Shown here: positions 1 to 12,665 of the stretch, one piece after another
How positions within the stretch are numbered: the stretch's first letter is position 1
How the letters are laid out: every line of letters starts with the position of its first letter
DNA from: Cercozoa sp. M6MM
Lineage: Eukaryota > Protista > Endomyxa: Ascetosporea
Length of the DNA: 41,929 nucleotides
Reading direction: 5' to 3' (one strand)
NCBI GenBank assembly: GCA_040357565.1
Contig: JBDODJ010000098.1
The notes under the pieces: model-generated
The model's input: only the letters and a program-made list of their open reading frames with translations
Database searches by the model: none
Told to the model about the DNA's origin: nothing
Made by a program: the position numbers and the translations under genes

Positions 1-91
1 TTACCCCCCTTTACTCTTACTCCCTTTACTCGTACCCCCTGTTACTTACCCCATGTTACCCCTGCTCGTGTTTGTGTGTGTGTGTGTGCAG

Positions 92-180
92 TGGAACTGG
101 GTCTCTACTTTGCCGGCCACTTTGCGCGCTTTGGCAGCGCCAGCACCGCCTCCGAGTCCGCTGCCGCCACGGCGAGCTGA
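92..180 (+). CDS. Last coding exon of a gene that starts left of the window (xELGLYFAGHFARFGSASTASESAAATAS*)
   Basis: A pyrimidine/GT-rich intron tail ends in CAG at 91. One frame then has GC3-rich codons and ends at TGA 178-180. The frame was chosen by codon bias only. Confidence 0.5.
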
Positions 181-429
181 GCTTGTCCCGTCCGCGCGGA
201 CTAGAACAGACGTCGCGTAATGAATGGACGTCACTACCGCACTGTTAGAAGCCTCTACAGTAGCTTATCTCGTCCGAAATAGTGAGCCCATAAAAAAAAT
301 GTCGGGAAGCTAGCTTTACCTTTACGATAGTGGAGCCTGCACGTGTGTAGTATTGTCTAGGCGTTTCTGACGGAACTGTACTAGACGCTTATTTGTCATA
401 CGATACTGTAGGACTCCCCACCGGCAAGA

Positions 430-536
430 TCAGGCAGCGACGGGACGGCCGTCCAGACCGAGCGAGAGCGACGCCATGACACGTGCCTCCTTGACTGGTA
501 CCAGAGGCCACTACTCAGAACACGCATGTGTGTGTG

Positions 537-615
<79 letters not shown>

Positions 616-625
616 NNNNNNNNNN

Positions 626-674
<49 letters not shown>

Positions 675-2531
675 CAGTCGCAGCAAGTGCAGCAATCGCG
701 TCAGCAGAATGTCGCGCGCCATCGTCATCGACGCGTCCACCACGGACAGTTTCGACCCTGTCGCATGGGATAAAGACGGGTGTAAAGATGGTAAAGACGG
801 GGTAAAGATGGGGACAAAGACAGGGGTAAACAGGGGTGGTACCGTCGATTTCCTGCCACTGGATGGCGACCTCGCGCACCGGGATTCGCGCCTCTCGTGC
901 CAACAACAGCAGTTCCACATCGAAGGCCCAGCGTCTGCAAATCGCTCACTGCGTTTTAACCCCCACCCCACCCTCCCTCTGACACCCATCCTTTTTACCG
1001 CAGTTTCTGCGACGGGAAGATGCGCTGCGCAGCACCGCGCGTGAACAGTTTGAAGCCACACTGCGTGTCCTGCACACATACACTAAGGGTGTAAAAGAGA
1101 TGTTCAAGAAAGTAAGGTAAGGGGGGGGGGTAAAAGGGGTAAAAAGGGTGGGTAAGACTCCACCTGGACATGCGCGACGCCAAAAACGCGGAGGTACAAA
1201 TGAAAACACTTCATCAACAGATTTCGCAGAAACGAACGCGTCGCTTCGGCCTGTCCATTTGGGTGTACATTTGAACAGGTCAGACGGACACAAATGGACT
1301 CAACAGCGCCTACCTCTGACTGCAAGTGTGCACGGGAGCCTGTTCACCGAGGTAACCGAGGATATATAATGGGGGGGGGGTGAAAGGGGGTATAAACGCT
1401 ACCGATCGCAACGAGAGGCAGCTGCCAGTTTTCGCTTTCGGCGCTGCCGCGCATCTCTCGCATCGCCTGTGTAGAAGTACCTCTCGGACAAGAACAAGCG
1501 TGTTCAGACACAGGTACGGATTCGAGTCGCTCGAGGTGCGAGATCTCCGAGGCGCCGTCGGCGTCGGCCATCAACAGCAAGCGGCCTCGCGCGTGCAGCA
1601 TCCCTGGAGGGGGGTAAATGAGGCGGTTTAAGGGGATGAAAGGAGTAGGGGTATAAGGAGACACACCTTGCTGCACGGCAAAGCCCTTGCCTTGGTTGCG
1701 CGGCAGTGCCAACAGCCGCATCTCGACAAACGCCGACTCTCCTACAGTCAGGGGAGTAAGGGGAGGGGAATAAAGGAGCTTAGGTGTAAGAGGGACAGAG
1801 GACCTAAACAAGTAAGTGGGGTGAAAGAGAGGAAGGAGGGCAGGGGGTGGGGATGGGAATGGGGATGGATGGATGGGGGTAGAAGGTACCACGAAGGAAT
1901 TCGTGTGCCAGGTCATACGTGAGTTCCCTGTAAACTCAGCAGTATTGACTGATCTGATCAGTTGATATCGACACGGTTACTGCACTGTGTACCTGGTACG
2001 GTCTCGACTACCGTCATCAACGATGATGATCTCGCACGTGAACTGTGGCTGCGTGCGGCGGCGTTGAGCCAAATATTTCATCGTCTGCGTCATCATTGGA
2101 CGCAGTCGCATCTGAGAATATTAAGGAGTAAAAGGAACAGGAAGGGACAGCAAAAACTATGCAAGCAAAAGGGCTCAGAACCTCCTCATTGTAGGCCGGC
2201 ACCACGATACTCAAGTCCACACTTGGCTCGTCAAACACCGAGCCAAAGTACACCTGCGTCGGCTTGTCACCCACCGATGAGCCTGCACAACAAAGAGTAC
2301 ACGGGTTAAGAGCCAAAAGAGCAGTGAAAAAAACGAGAGACCAGGCCGCTCGAACGTGCGCAGGGCAAAAGCGCTGCCAGAAGTCCCGCGAATTGGAGTC
2401 AGAAACCACCACTGACCATATCAGTTCAAAGTTACAGCAAAGCGAAAACCAGAGTATTTGGCTACCACAAGTCTTGCCAGCAGTAGTGCGACCGCCATAC
2501 CGGCCGCCTGCGCGACGAGTGAGACCTGCAT
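430..2531 (-). CDS. ALG5: Dolichyl-phosphate beta-glucosyltransferase (GT2 family), 14 exons
   Basis: Spliced translation gives an N-terminal hydrophobic anchor, then LSIVVPAYNEE, EIIIVDDGSRDRT, NQGKGFAVQQGMLHARG, LLMADADGA, AIGSRAHL, DTQCGFKLFTR, RWAFDVELL and WQEIDGSKL. 13 GT-AG introns; stop TGA at 430-432. Confidence 0.93.
527..672. repeat. (GT/CA)n microsatellite inside the last ALG5 intron, containing a 10-N gap (616-625)
   Basis: Directly visible. It is the source of the spurious CVCV/HTHT ORFs. Confidence 0.97.
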
Positions 2532-2776
2532 TCACTCTCAAGGTCACACCTTTTCCCTTGCAACATATTGGACAGTGATTTGCAAAAACTGCCACTGAGC
2601 GATTTTCAGACTCTGAACTACCTTCATAAAGTTCTCACAGCGCTGGCACACATGCACTATGCTGCACTGTGATGCAAGGCCACCTTCTGTCTTGCTTTGA
2701 TTTTTCTGTGGCTGCAACGCACAAGACCAAGGCACAATTATTGATTGCGACTGCGCGCACGAGTGTGTTGGGAGTC

Positions 2777-4718
2777 ATGCCGTTTGGCGAGGACAGTTAT
2801 GTATGTTGGTTTTGTGAAATCTGATCATGGTGCACAACTGTATTGTGTCTTGTAGTGGGATCGCGTTCGACGCAACTTCCACCTGATCGTATCGTACAAC
2901 AACATGCAGCATGTGTACGTAAAGTATTGATCTTCGTATGTGCGTACACAGGACCCTCGCACGTTGCTGGTGTCGGACGATCAAATCAATGAGTGCAGGG
3001 ACCTGCTAAACAGGTGTTAAATTTTATCTATAACTTGGGTTTCTAAAAACTATCTAATGTTCGTTCTTTTGAGGATGCACTTTTAGTATCGTTGGACTGA
3101 TATGGGATCCGCACTTTGCAGGCATGCGCAAGGTGAACACGTTGCCCACGAAGACTTGTTCCGCGCGAGGTACCACGGAGATGTGTCACTTGGAGTAACT
3201 ATGCATTCATCGTCCCTGTGTGTGTAAATGATGCTTGTAGGAAGGTAGTGCAGGCGCTCGTGCACCCCGATACGCAAGAGACAGTATTCCGTAGGCTTAC
3301 GTGCTTTGAGATTGCGTTTCTTTAACTTACTCTGTGTTTATTGTAGGCCCACTGAGTGCTGCCGCAATCGTGCCTGTCAATGTCTCTCTCGACACTGTTG
3401 TATCGTATACATACACCTTTATCTTTGGTATACAGCAAGTCCACATGTGTGTGTGTGTGTTGTGTGGGTGTGTGTGCGTGTGTGTGTTCTGAGTCTAGAT
3501 GATCATGGCTCGCACGCCTGCTCAAATCGTATTCGCACAGTGGCTCAATCAGACCTACAATGCGTATGCGCGCTGCTACCCACACTGGCTCTTGAGTCAA
3601 ACCAAATAATAGACATAAATTTATGTGCGATAGACTGCACTACCGTGCCAACAGAAACGCCTCGAACTCTGCCTCCAACGCACTGCTGTTGGCCAGCTAC
3701 GTGGGCGCCACATCGTACCCAGCACATACTTTCAACGTAAATGATACCTGTATGCAACACACATGTGCAGATCGGCCGTGGCAGCAGCACTCGTGTTGAA
3801 CCGTTTGTCGAAGCGACTGCCACAAAACACTGGTAGATACCTCCCTTTGGGATGTGCCTGCCAGTGCACATATGCGCACTGTACCACAGGCATGCTAGTG
3901 TGTCGCTTGATTCCATTCGGAGCCGTTGCGGCCGCTGACTTGCTCAATCTAGCAGTCATGAGGTGCTGCTCTTTCGTGCTCTGTATATTTGTATGATCGT
4001 ATGTATCTGTTAATGTGTCCGCGTTGTTGCAACAGGCACGACGAGTACATGAATGGAGTCCAGGTGTTCGACAAAGAAGGTCAGGTTCTCGGTGTGAGTC
4101 GGGTATGCTTAAACTTTCGTTTTACACTCTTACACTTGCCTTGCCTTGCTGATACCAAGACATGTACCACAGGTTGCAGGAGCCTACGCCGTCGGTGCCT
4201 GTGTCACCGGTCGCATTCTCGCAGCTGCGCCCATCCTCATTTTACCCAACCTGTAGGATATTCACCCTGTCCTATGCCGCTACACTTTTTGATAATGACA
4301 CACGTGCTGCAGAACGATGCACTACCTGGAGCAACGCACCAGACTGTTCTCGAGTGTTCCGAAACGGTTCCGTGGTGTTGCACGCACCGCTGTCACGCTT
4401 GGCTTGGTCGCAACGATGCTGCAGATTAGTGTTCCGTACGCTTTATTTGCTTGAGCCTGGGTGTCTATGTGTCTGTGTCTGTGTGTCTGTGTGCTATGAG
4501 AGATACGATACACGGTCTACTCTTTGTGATGCTTCACCCACAGACTGAGCTTCGGAATCTTCCGACAACGAGCGCAGTTGCCACTCGCCGTATTGGAACC
4601 CGGGCTCCGTGGTGCGTCGGTCTGAACATGGAACACTGGACAGTGAACTATTTGACTTTTGCGGACAGGGAATGCTGAGCCTGGGGTCAGTTTCGCGCAT
4701 TTCAACAAGGGCATCTAG
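2777..4718 (+). CDS. SFXN: Sideroflexin (mitochondrial tricarboxylate/serine carrier family), 15 exons
   Basis: Spliced protein: MPFGEDSYWDRVRRNFHLIDPRTLL...VHPDTQETVFRP...FAQWLNQTYNALHYRANRNAS...IPFGAVAAADLLNLAVMRHDEYMNGVQVFDKEGQVLGVSR...RILAAAP...VPLSFGIFRQ...LEP...FNKGI*. This matches the HPDT, QWxNQ, NRN and terminal NKG(L/I) hallmarks of the family. Confidence 0.93.
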
Positions 4719-5333
4719 CGTCTGACGCGGACAGCAACGGTGTGTTAAATGACTGAAGCGAGGGATGGAGCAACGTAACACAAATGAGACAGAAGCTGAG
4801 TTCACACTGGCCCGATCACACATACTATTCGACTTTCCGGGCCCGCTTAGGCGCGCTTAATTGCGCAGGCTCGAAGCCGCGTTTTCAGACACCGCTCATA
4901 GTAAACACGTTTTTGTGGGCCATTGCTTGGCACGAGAGATTCAGACTGTTGGGAGCCACGAAGAGCCAGTTCAGATTGAAAGCGTGAGTCAAGCAATGGA
5001 AGAAATGCGGCGACAAAATTCGAAGTGCAAAATCAGACATTTGAGTCTCGGCCTGCTGTCGAAAGTTGCTCTGAAGAACCGGACGTCGAGAGCGTTGATT
5101 CTGGCCTGCGAAATGTCGCATCTGCTGAGGAAAACCCGGGGTTGATTGCTCCCAGACGCAGGCAGCATCGTTTTCTTCAACCTGACCGGACAGTTTCCTT
5201 CAGTTCTATACGTCAAGATGGGTTTCTACGGCGCCAGCTAGCTATCTATTCTGCCGTGCTACCAACACTAAAGCTGCTGTAACGTAAGTCGCGATCGAAC
5301 TACTGTACAGTAAATCGTCCATCGCGCACAGAA

Positions 5334-7308
5334 TCACTGTGCACATAGCCGCGCGTACTCACAATGAGCGCGATTAATCTCGCCAATGAGCGAAGTGACA
5401 GTGCCATGTGCCTTCGTGCAATCGCTTCGCTCGCGCAATGACTGCACCTGCAGTACAAGAAGTGTCTGGTTTTGATAGTCGGTTGTAGACATGTAAAACG
5501 GTACCTCATCTTGCAACTCGGTGAGTGTCGCTTTGTGGTTCCGAAGCTGCTTTTGCAGTGACTTCAGCACATGCGCCTCTTCGTTGCTGACAGCACGTGT
5601 CAGCTCGCCATGCTTTGCTTGTGCTTCGTCGTGCTGACTCGTGACTTCGCGCACTTGGGACTGCAACTGCTTGATATGCTTGCGCGCATCGGGTGCCTAG
5701 ATTTGTTTTGGTTGTTTTAGTCAGCTTTCGCATTCACTGGCAAGACGAAACGCACCTCTTGTTCGTCCCAGTGCCGTGCTTCATTGCGGAACTCTGCGTA
5801 CTCTGTGCGTCGTTCCTGTACGCGAAACCTCTTGTCGGCGAGTCCTTGTAGCTCGGCTTCGATGCGTGAATCGAGTCCTCTCATTCGCTGCACTTCTTGT
5901 TGTCGAAGCTGAACGTGCTCTTTCAGTGCAGAGATCGTGTCATGTGCGTCTCGACGCTGTAGCTGTGTTGAAAGACGTAGTGCATTCGTTGCACTATACT
6001 AGTACTCAATTTGCAATGAAAGCGTTATACCTTTTTGCGGCGAAGCTGTGCGCGAGCTTCGGCAAGTGTGCCCTGCAACAGCGAGGGATCGCCTCGCACA
6101 GCCTGTAAATGTCGGTGCTGCGCCTGCATCTGCGTGAGTTGTCGTTGGAGTTTCTGAAGCTGCTGGTCGCCTTCACTGCGCTGCCGTTGCAGTTCCGGCG
6201 CTTTCTCCTCAAACTCGCGCAGGAACGAGTCGAGTTTTGCCGAGCGGTCGGCGAGCGCGGAGTATTTCGCAGCGTCTTTCGCGAACTCGGCGTATTCGCG
6301 CTCACGTTGCTGCAGCGATTCAACCTCGGATCGCAGCTGTTCGTTCTGTTTCTCGTGTTCAGCGATCGTTGCGGTGAGTTGTGTGAGTTCAGCATTGGTC
6401 TCACGTGCTTCAGAAACGATTCGTTCGCGTCGTTCCTGAACGGAGAGTTCGCGCGGTTGCGCTTCTTCATGCTGCAGACGCTGCTGTCGCTTCGTCAGTT
6501 CGGAGATGCGACGTCGTGCGTCAACCAGTCGACGGAGCATACCGCTGTCGACATCAGTGCGCTGCGTCATGGATGCAACACGCTGAGTAGAGGAGCTAAC
6601 TTCGGCGTTGGTATGCGCTAGCTGGTGCAGCACTTGCTCCAGTTGCTCGATCGTTCGCGATGCTTTGCCGGCATCGCCCTCTGCGGCGAACACGCGCTCT
6701 TTCAACTGTGACAGTCTGTTTAAAGGGAAACGAAATGCCCAGAACAAATGCAGAGATCCCAAGGAGTTTACAGCTGTGCGCGCTTTTTTGCTTCAGACTG
6801 CGCCGTGCTTTGCGCCTCATTGCGTGCGAGGAAAAGCTGATCCACGGTTGCAGCTGCGAGACACACACGTTGTTGAGGAAGACATTTTTTGAGGGCATGT
6901 TTGAATCACCGTAGTGCGCGTTCTCATTGGTTGTGACATCAACTTGTTGCTCCAACGCATCGAGATCGACGTCGCCGCGTGCTTTGTCGAGAGCCAGGTT
7001 GTAGTCGGCGAGTTCGGCCTCCGCGTTGAGCACCTTCTGCTGCCATCGCTGCCGCTGCGAACGCAGTGCGGTCGCTTCCATAGCGGCTCCGCGCAGCTCT
7101 TCCCGTAAGGCTTCTAGCCGCCTGCCCACAGCAAGAAATGTCACTACCACTCAAACTCCTAGATAAGATAATTTTACTTAATCTCTGCAAAAACGTGGTT
7201 CTGCTGATTGCGAACCCTCGAGACAAAAAGCTGCTCATCGGCGACCTGTCGTCTGCCTGTGGCCGTGGCAACACCACTGACGCCATGCTGAGTGACAGGA
7301 CGCCACAT
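5334..7308 (-). CDS. IFT74: Intraflagellar transport protein 74 (IFT-B coiled-coil subunit)
   Basis: MWRPVTQHGVSG...RQVAD, AELADYNLALDK, SVQERRERIVSEARETNAEL, KYSALADRSAKLDSFLREFEE and the C-terminal ERSDCTKAHGTVTSLIGEIN are colinear with the IFT74 motifs RPVTQQGL, QLADYN, EREKLLKQIK.DN.EI, KYKELKKREE.MD.F and ESDY...V...I.EYN. Introns are GT-AG. Confidence 0.85.
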
Positions 7309-7555
7309 TTTGGTCGCGAGGTGAGACCTAACGCAATTACTGTATCAAAATCTTGCTGGAGTTACAGTTACTGCACTTTTGTCTCTTCCCCCGCGGAAGC
7401 ATGCAACTACCGTATGTGGTACACTTCCTCAACCAAGAACTCGATTTATTCGTCTGAAACAGCTTGGTTTTAGTGTCGGATGCTCGCACGAGCGTGTTCC
7501 TGCAACTTGCATCTCAACTGAGCGGAACTGAAGTGAAAATTGGAAAATACAAAAA

Positions 7556-9250
7556 ATGGAACTCTTTGACGCTGACGCCACATGTAGCTGATGGATCCTT
7601 CGCATTGATGATTGTGATTACTATATTGTGTCTAATATTCTATTGGATACAAAATGTAGGGCTCAACTGCTCGCGCGAGCGGCGTGCTCGTCGACTTATG
7701 GCTAGATATGGTACTGCACGACACAGTCCGGCTTAAACTTACATTTTATATTGGCTTTGACGTTCAGCTTTCGGGCGCAACGTGCACCAGGCTGAGCAAG
7801 GGCAGGTGCCGATGACACGAAAAGAAATGATCAGCACGGTCGGTATGTCTATTATTGATAAACCGTACTAGTAGAGGTAAGTTAACTTTGAGACCGAAAT
7901 TGGCTTAGGGGTGCTGCGGACTCTGCTGTGGCACGAAGTCAGACGCGCGACAAAGTGTCCCGCTCAGTCAGACAATCAACGCAGCTACGGCGAGAGTTGT
8001 AACCGAGGTGTTAGACTTGCCGACATGTCTGTCAAGGAGGCTCGCAGTGTCGTCACATGTCGGAACTTTGACACAGCGTACCGTTCCCTTCCTAATTTGT
8101 AGAGTGTAGAGCATGATCGGTAGTGGTGCAATGTCTGTGCACACAGGTTGATGTGCTACTATTACTCACTGACTCGGCACGCGTGTGAGGAACTGCACCG
8201 ACGGTGCCAATTCATCAAGGTAAGTTTACTTGACTGGGCACAACCCGTCACAATACAGGTGCATCCTTTCCTCCGTACAGGTGCCAGAAAGAGTGAACGA
8301 AGAGATCGAGTCCTTTCGTCTGCACGAAGAGAAGGTCAGTTTTGCGGGCAAAAGTTGCTCTAGTGTCCAGGCTATGTGTTGGGATGATGTACAGGCACTG
8401 CTTGACGAGCAGCTGTGGTATGCCGACCAAGACCTCCCGGAGAACGTCAAACGCGAGGTGTGCCTTGGTTTAGTGGAGCATAGCTGCTCTGTCAGTGTAA
8501 ATTAACTGTCCATGTCAACTGTTTCACCAGGTGATCGTGGACCGAGTGTTGATGCCGCTCTTTACCACGGGAGCATCGCTGCTGCAGGCTCTTGATGGTA
8601 CAGTACTGTACCATTCCGTTGGTGCCTGAGGTAGATCATTACTGTCTTGTGAGTTTAGATGGTGACATCTCGGCGGTGGCCGCTTTCATCGTGCGACGCA
8701 AGTGCTCACCCAAACTGATGCAACGCACCTGCAGACTTTGGGCGCGTCGTCTCCTTGAGTCTGAAAGCGGCCACCACCGGGATGCCAGTCTGCAGTCGAA
8801 AGCGACCCAGCACTGGGATGCCAGTCTGCAGTCGAAACCTAAAGGTGACCAACTGAAGTCAGAGGTCATGGAGGACAAGAGCGTTCTGGCACTGCTGTGT
8901 GACCACATGAGTGACGATGCATACTCCATTGTCATGGTAGTTTACTCCGTGCTGTACCGACTCGTTTATTGGCCTGTACAATGTACTGTATCTACCCAGG
9001 ATTACTTGCTGGCCGTACCCGTGGTTTGCTTTGAGTCTTGACGCTCAGCCTATCAGTAGTGTTGTTTAACAAGATTACCGTAAACGACTGCTGAGATCTT
9101 GAGAATCATTGTGCCATATTAACAAAAAGTATACTCGACTGATATGTTATTGGTTGACTGGTATTGTCCGAGCTGTCTGTGCAGGCGGCCGCCTTGGTGC
9201 CTGAGGATAGCAGCGACGGTGATTACGACTCGGACTCTGACGACGAGTGA
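7556..9250 (+). CDS. Hypothetical multi-exon helical protein with an acidic C-terminus
   Basis: AAAAAATG start, then a chain of in-frame exons joined by GT-AG introns (MELFDADATWLNCSRE...VPERVNEEIES...WDDVQALLDEQLWYAD...VIVDRVLMPLF...DSSDGDYDSDSDDE*). The last intron is uncertain. Confidence 0.65.
8775..8837 (+). repeat. In-frame tandem duplication with a 36-bp period (H[R/W]DASLQSK x2)
   Basis: cac(c/t)gggatgccagtctgcagtcgaaa occurs at 8775 and 8811. Confidence 0.9.
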
Positions 9251-9718
9251 GTTGCGCGAAGCTGTTTTTGCGTGGCGTTTGGTTTAACAGACGAGAACTG
9301 ACGTGAACGGAGCTGAGTAACGCGCCAGACCTTGCGTTGTTTTGTTGAACTAACTGAACGTCACGTCGTTAACTGGGAACTGACGTGAAGTTATGCGAAA
9401 AGTAAGAAAAAGTATACGGTGGAATTTTCGTTTTTGCTGTCCAATCACTCACGTCACTCCAATGAAAGGGTCAAAGCTGAAGTTCTGGTACTTAACTGTC
9501 TGTTTAGCAGAAACAGATTTACAGTAGACGCTGTACACAGTGAGATAAATCAAAGAAGAGCGATTGCAATTGCAAAAGCCGATACTACACACAGAGGCTG
9601 TCCGCTGGTTTAGTGCAGCGTTTCAGGGGGAGTACAGTCAGTCTTAAAGACGTAAAGACGTAATGTACGTTCAGTTCGAGGGGCGGAAGCAGCTTGTGTT
9701 GAGAGAGGCGACAGTGGG

Positions 9719-10648
9719 TCAGTGCTTGAGACAGAGTAGCTCCAGCTGTACGCGCACGAGCTCGCCGGCCAAGTCGGACGGCAGGTCGTCTTGCTCTCGG
9801 GCGCGCTTGACGGCGAAGCAAGCGCGAGCAGCGCGTTCGCCAACTGAGTCGCAAGCGCGCACGACTTGCGTGCGTCTGCTCAGAGGGAACACGCATCTAA
9901 ACCAGTGACACTACGATAGAGGCCTCGTACAGGCACAACCACTGTACCGCTTGATCGGCGTCGCGGCTTCGCAAAGCGGCAGTTCGCTAGCGCAAGTGCG
10001 GTACTCGGCGAGCACCGCTACACCAAACAGAGTGATAGAAATGCAAACTGACGGGAAAGAGACAAGGGACGGAACTGAAAGTGAAAAAGCGAGGAATTAA
10101 AGCGAAGTGAAAAAAGCGAAAGTGAAACTGAAAGTCAAAGCCAAAGCCGAAAAAAGCCAAAGCGAAACGAACCAAGCGAAAACAAGCGAAAGTTATATTA
10201 CACAGACGGGCCGCGACAAGGGCGGCATGGGTGGCCACCAGCTGGCCGAGTTGACGCTGGAGCGCGAGCTCCTGCTCGGCGCGACGCACCGCCGCCGTCG
10301 CTTGCTTGAAGACGAGCACGCTGTAGCTGCGGTGCACACGCGCGAATTGCTTGTCGGCGCGGCGCAGCTCCTCCTCGGCAGCGGCCAGCCGCTGTGCCGA
10401 GCGTGAGCGGAAGCGAGGAAGGCGGCGCGGCAAGCGCAGGTGCAGGCGCAGGCGCAGGTTGGGAAGGCCCCAGTGGGGCAGATGCGGGTGGTGGACAAAG
10501 TCCACGAGCTTTGACATGACAGTCTAACAACACAACACACACACACAAGAACATCACCGAATATTAAACGAGGTTTCGAGGGCACGCACAGCAAGCACAC
10601 ACTAGCCACACAGCATTGGAGCCCAGCTAAAAGGGTGTAACTCACCAT
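9719..10648 (-). CDS. Hypothetical Arg/Leu/Ala-rich helical protein
   Basis: ATG|GTGAGT first exon, followed by GC3-rich exons (TVMSKLVDFVHHPHLPHWGLPNLRLRLHLRLPRRL...AAAEEELRRADKQF...DDLPSDLAGELVRVQLELLCLKH*). Confidence 0.6.
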
Positions 10649-11311
10649 TTTGGTTGACAAAAAACTTTTCGGGTTCAGGATTGGTGGCCGATCAGTGGCC
10701 AGGTCACATCATCACGTACCCCCAGAGCGCGCGGTTTGCCGAGTGTGCCACCAAAACGCCATTTTGAGCGATTTCTCCTTGTCTGGTGCACCTTACGGCC
10801 TCTAGTTCGGTAAAATAGTGCAAACAACTAAATCTCAACTAAAGACCCCAGCATACGTTCTAAGAGACACTGTGGCTCGAAAAAAACGAGAAAAACCGGT
10901 CTGGGCGAGTTTTGGTCGTTGTGACAGTTTTTTGAGGATTTTGCGAGTTGTGGAGCGACTTTAGGCGCGCCAACTGCCACAGCACTGCCAAATTGTGTTA
11001 TGCGTGGGCTGTGCACGTTTGAACTGTTGGGCACTTGTCGCGCGCCAACGCTTTCTTGCTGGTCGTGACGTTACGATAAAAAAGCCCTACTGGCCGGGGA
11101 AGACGCGCATCGCATGTGATGCTATCGCTAAGGTGGGAGGTAGGCACGACCATGCTCTCGTCTTGTAACCCACCGCACCCCAGACTGGTGCACGGAACTA
11201 CATAGTTGGTTTTAATAAGCAAAAACTCAACTGCGGGCCACATGACCGCATGTCACTGTACAACGCTAACGTCGACGCGACAGTCACGGTGGCAAGCTTC
11301 GCTGAGGTGGT

Positions 11312-12665
11312 TCAGTTTGAGTTGGTCGGCAACATGCCAACAAAGAAACGGTCCTTTTCGTACATGTCTGTGACGGCCTAAAAAAGCGACAAACACAACA
11401 TCGGTACAGGTAAGTAATAAAACAGCAAAGACACAAAACACCTCCATGTGCGCAAACAAATCCGTTTCGCTGTTGCACAGCACAGTGGGTTGTCCATCGT
11501 CGAGTTCCATCAGCACCTTGCCTCCTGGTCTGCCAGAAGGATAGTAGAGACATGGAGAGTGAGTGGACGCAGTAAATTGGTACCTCACAAGTCTGCTGCA
11601 GTGCCGCAGTATTTGACGCGTGACAGAGAAACCGTCAGTGCCGCCGTCGAGTGCGCCTCGATCCTCGTAGTGAAGTACTTGATCCTCTAACACAATACAT
11701 CTATATATATATATGTATATATATATCATATGTGTATGACCAAGGACAGTTCAGTGTGTGCAGGAAGAAACCAAGGGCATCGACGACACTCGATGGAATA
11801 TAGGGCGGATTCGACACCAGCACGTCGAACTTTGTGCAAACACAGTCTGTACTTTGAGGAGACACGAAGCCACTCAGATACGAGTACCTGAAATCCGTCA
11901 TAAATGCCGCCGAACTCTTCGATCGAGCACTTCTTGACTTGAGCCCTGTCGAACCAGACCATGCAACGATAGAACACACACTCATGCTTTAGTCGGTCAG
12001 TCAATCCGTACCTGTCACTCAAGTCAAACAACTCCATGTTGTCGCTTGCTAACTGAACTGCCGCTGGTGACACATCGATACACATCGCGTGGAGCGACTT
12101 GTTCTCGTGCAACAATGCAGCAGCAATGGCACCGCTTCCAGTACCGACATCCAAGATTCGACAATCTACTCCCAACTTCAAACTATGGCAACTGATGCAC
12201 ATGTGACTGAAGTACCTGTGGGCGACATGTGCTGCTGAACAAGTCGCACGAGTTCCTCTGTCTCGGGTCTTGGTATCAGCACCTAAGAGCCAGCACAGTT
12301 CGACCCTCACCCCAACAAGTCGGAAAAACAGTCCTACCGGAGGCCGCACCAGAATGTCTGATAACGAACAAAAGTCCCACGATCCGAGACAGTACTGAAT
12401 CGGCATCCCTGTCAGTCGCTTCTCGCATAGTCGATCGAACAGGGCAGGGTCTTTGTGCCGCTTTGCCTCTGCACGGAACAACTGCAACGCCCTGTCAAAT
12501 GAAGGCATCAGCGCGGAAACAGTGACGCGAAAACAACAACAAAAAACACGGGAAAACGCACACATCGACTTCGGGCAGATTTCGATCGCGAAATTCGCGC
12601 CGCCAGTCACGCGAACACGCGCGTTTTGAACTACTTACGCGTCGGCACACGTGTATCGTGCGCAT
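11312..12665 (-). CDS. HEMK1: Release-factor glutamine N5-methyltransferase (HemK/PrmC family), probably mitochondrial
   Basis: Motifs KRLTGMPIQYCLGSWDF, VRPPVLIPRPETEELV, ILDVGTGSGAIA, FDVLVSNPPYIP, YEDRGALDGGTDG and DMYEKDRF. The N-terminus MRTIHVCRRVSSSKR is Arg/Ser-rich. Confidence 0.92.

Noticed and set aside
396-1079. HTHTHT / CVCVCV proteins in the ORF track
   Set aside because: These are translations of an intronic (CA)n microsatellite that spans an N gap.
5143-9095. Selenocysteine or readthrough at in-frame TGA codons (5143; about 9090)
   Set aside because: There is no recognisable selenoprotein context or SECIS element, and the frames themselves are not established as coding.
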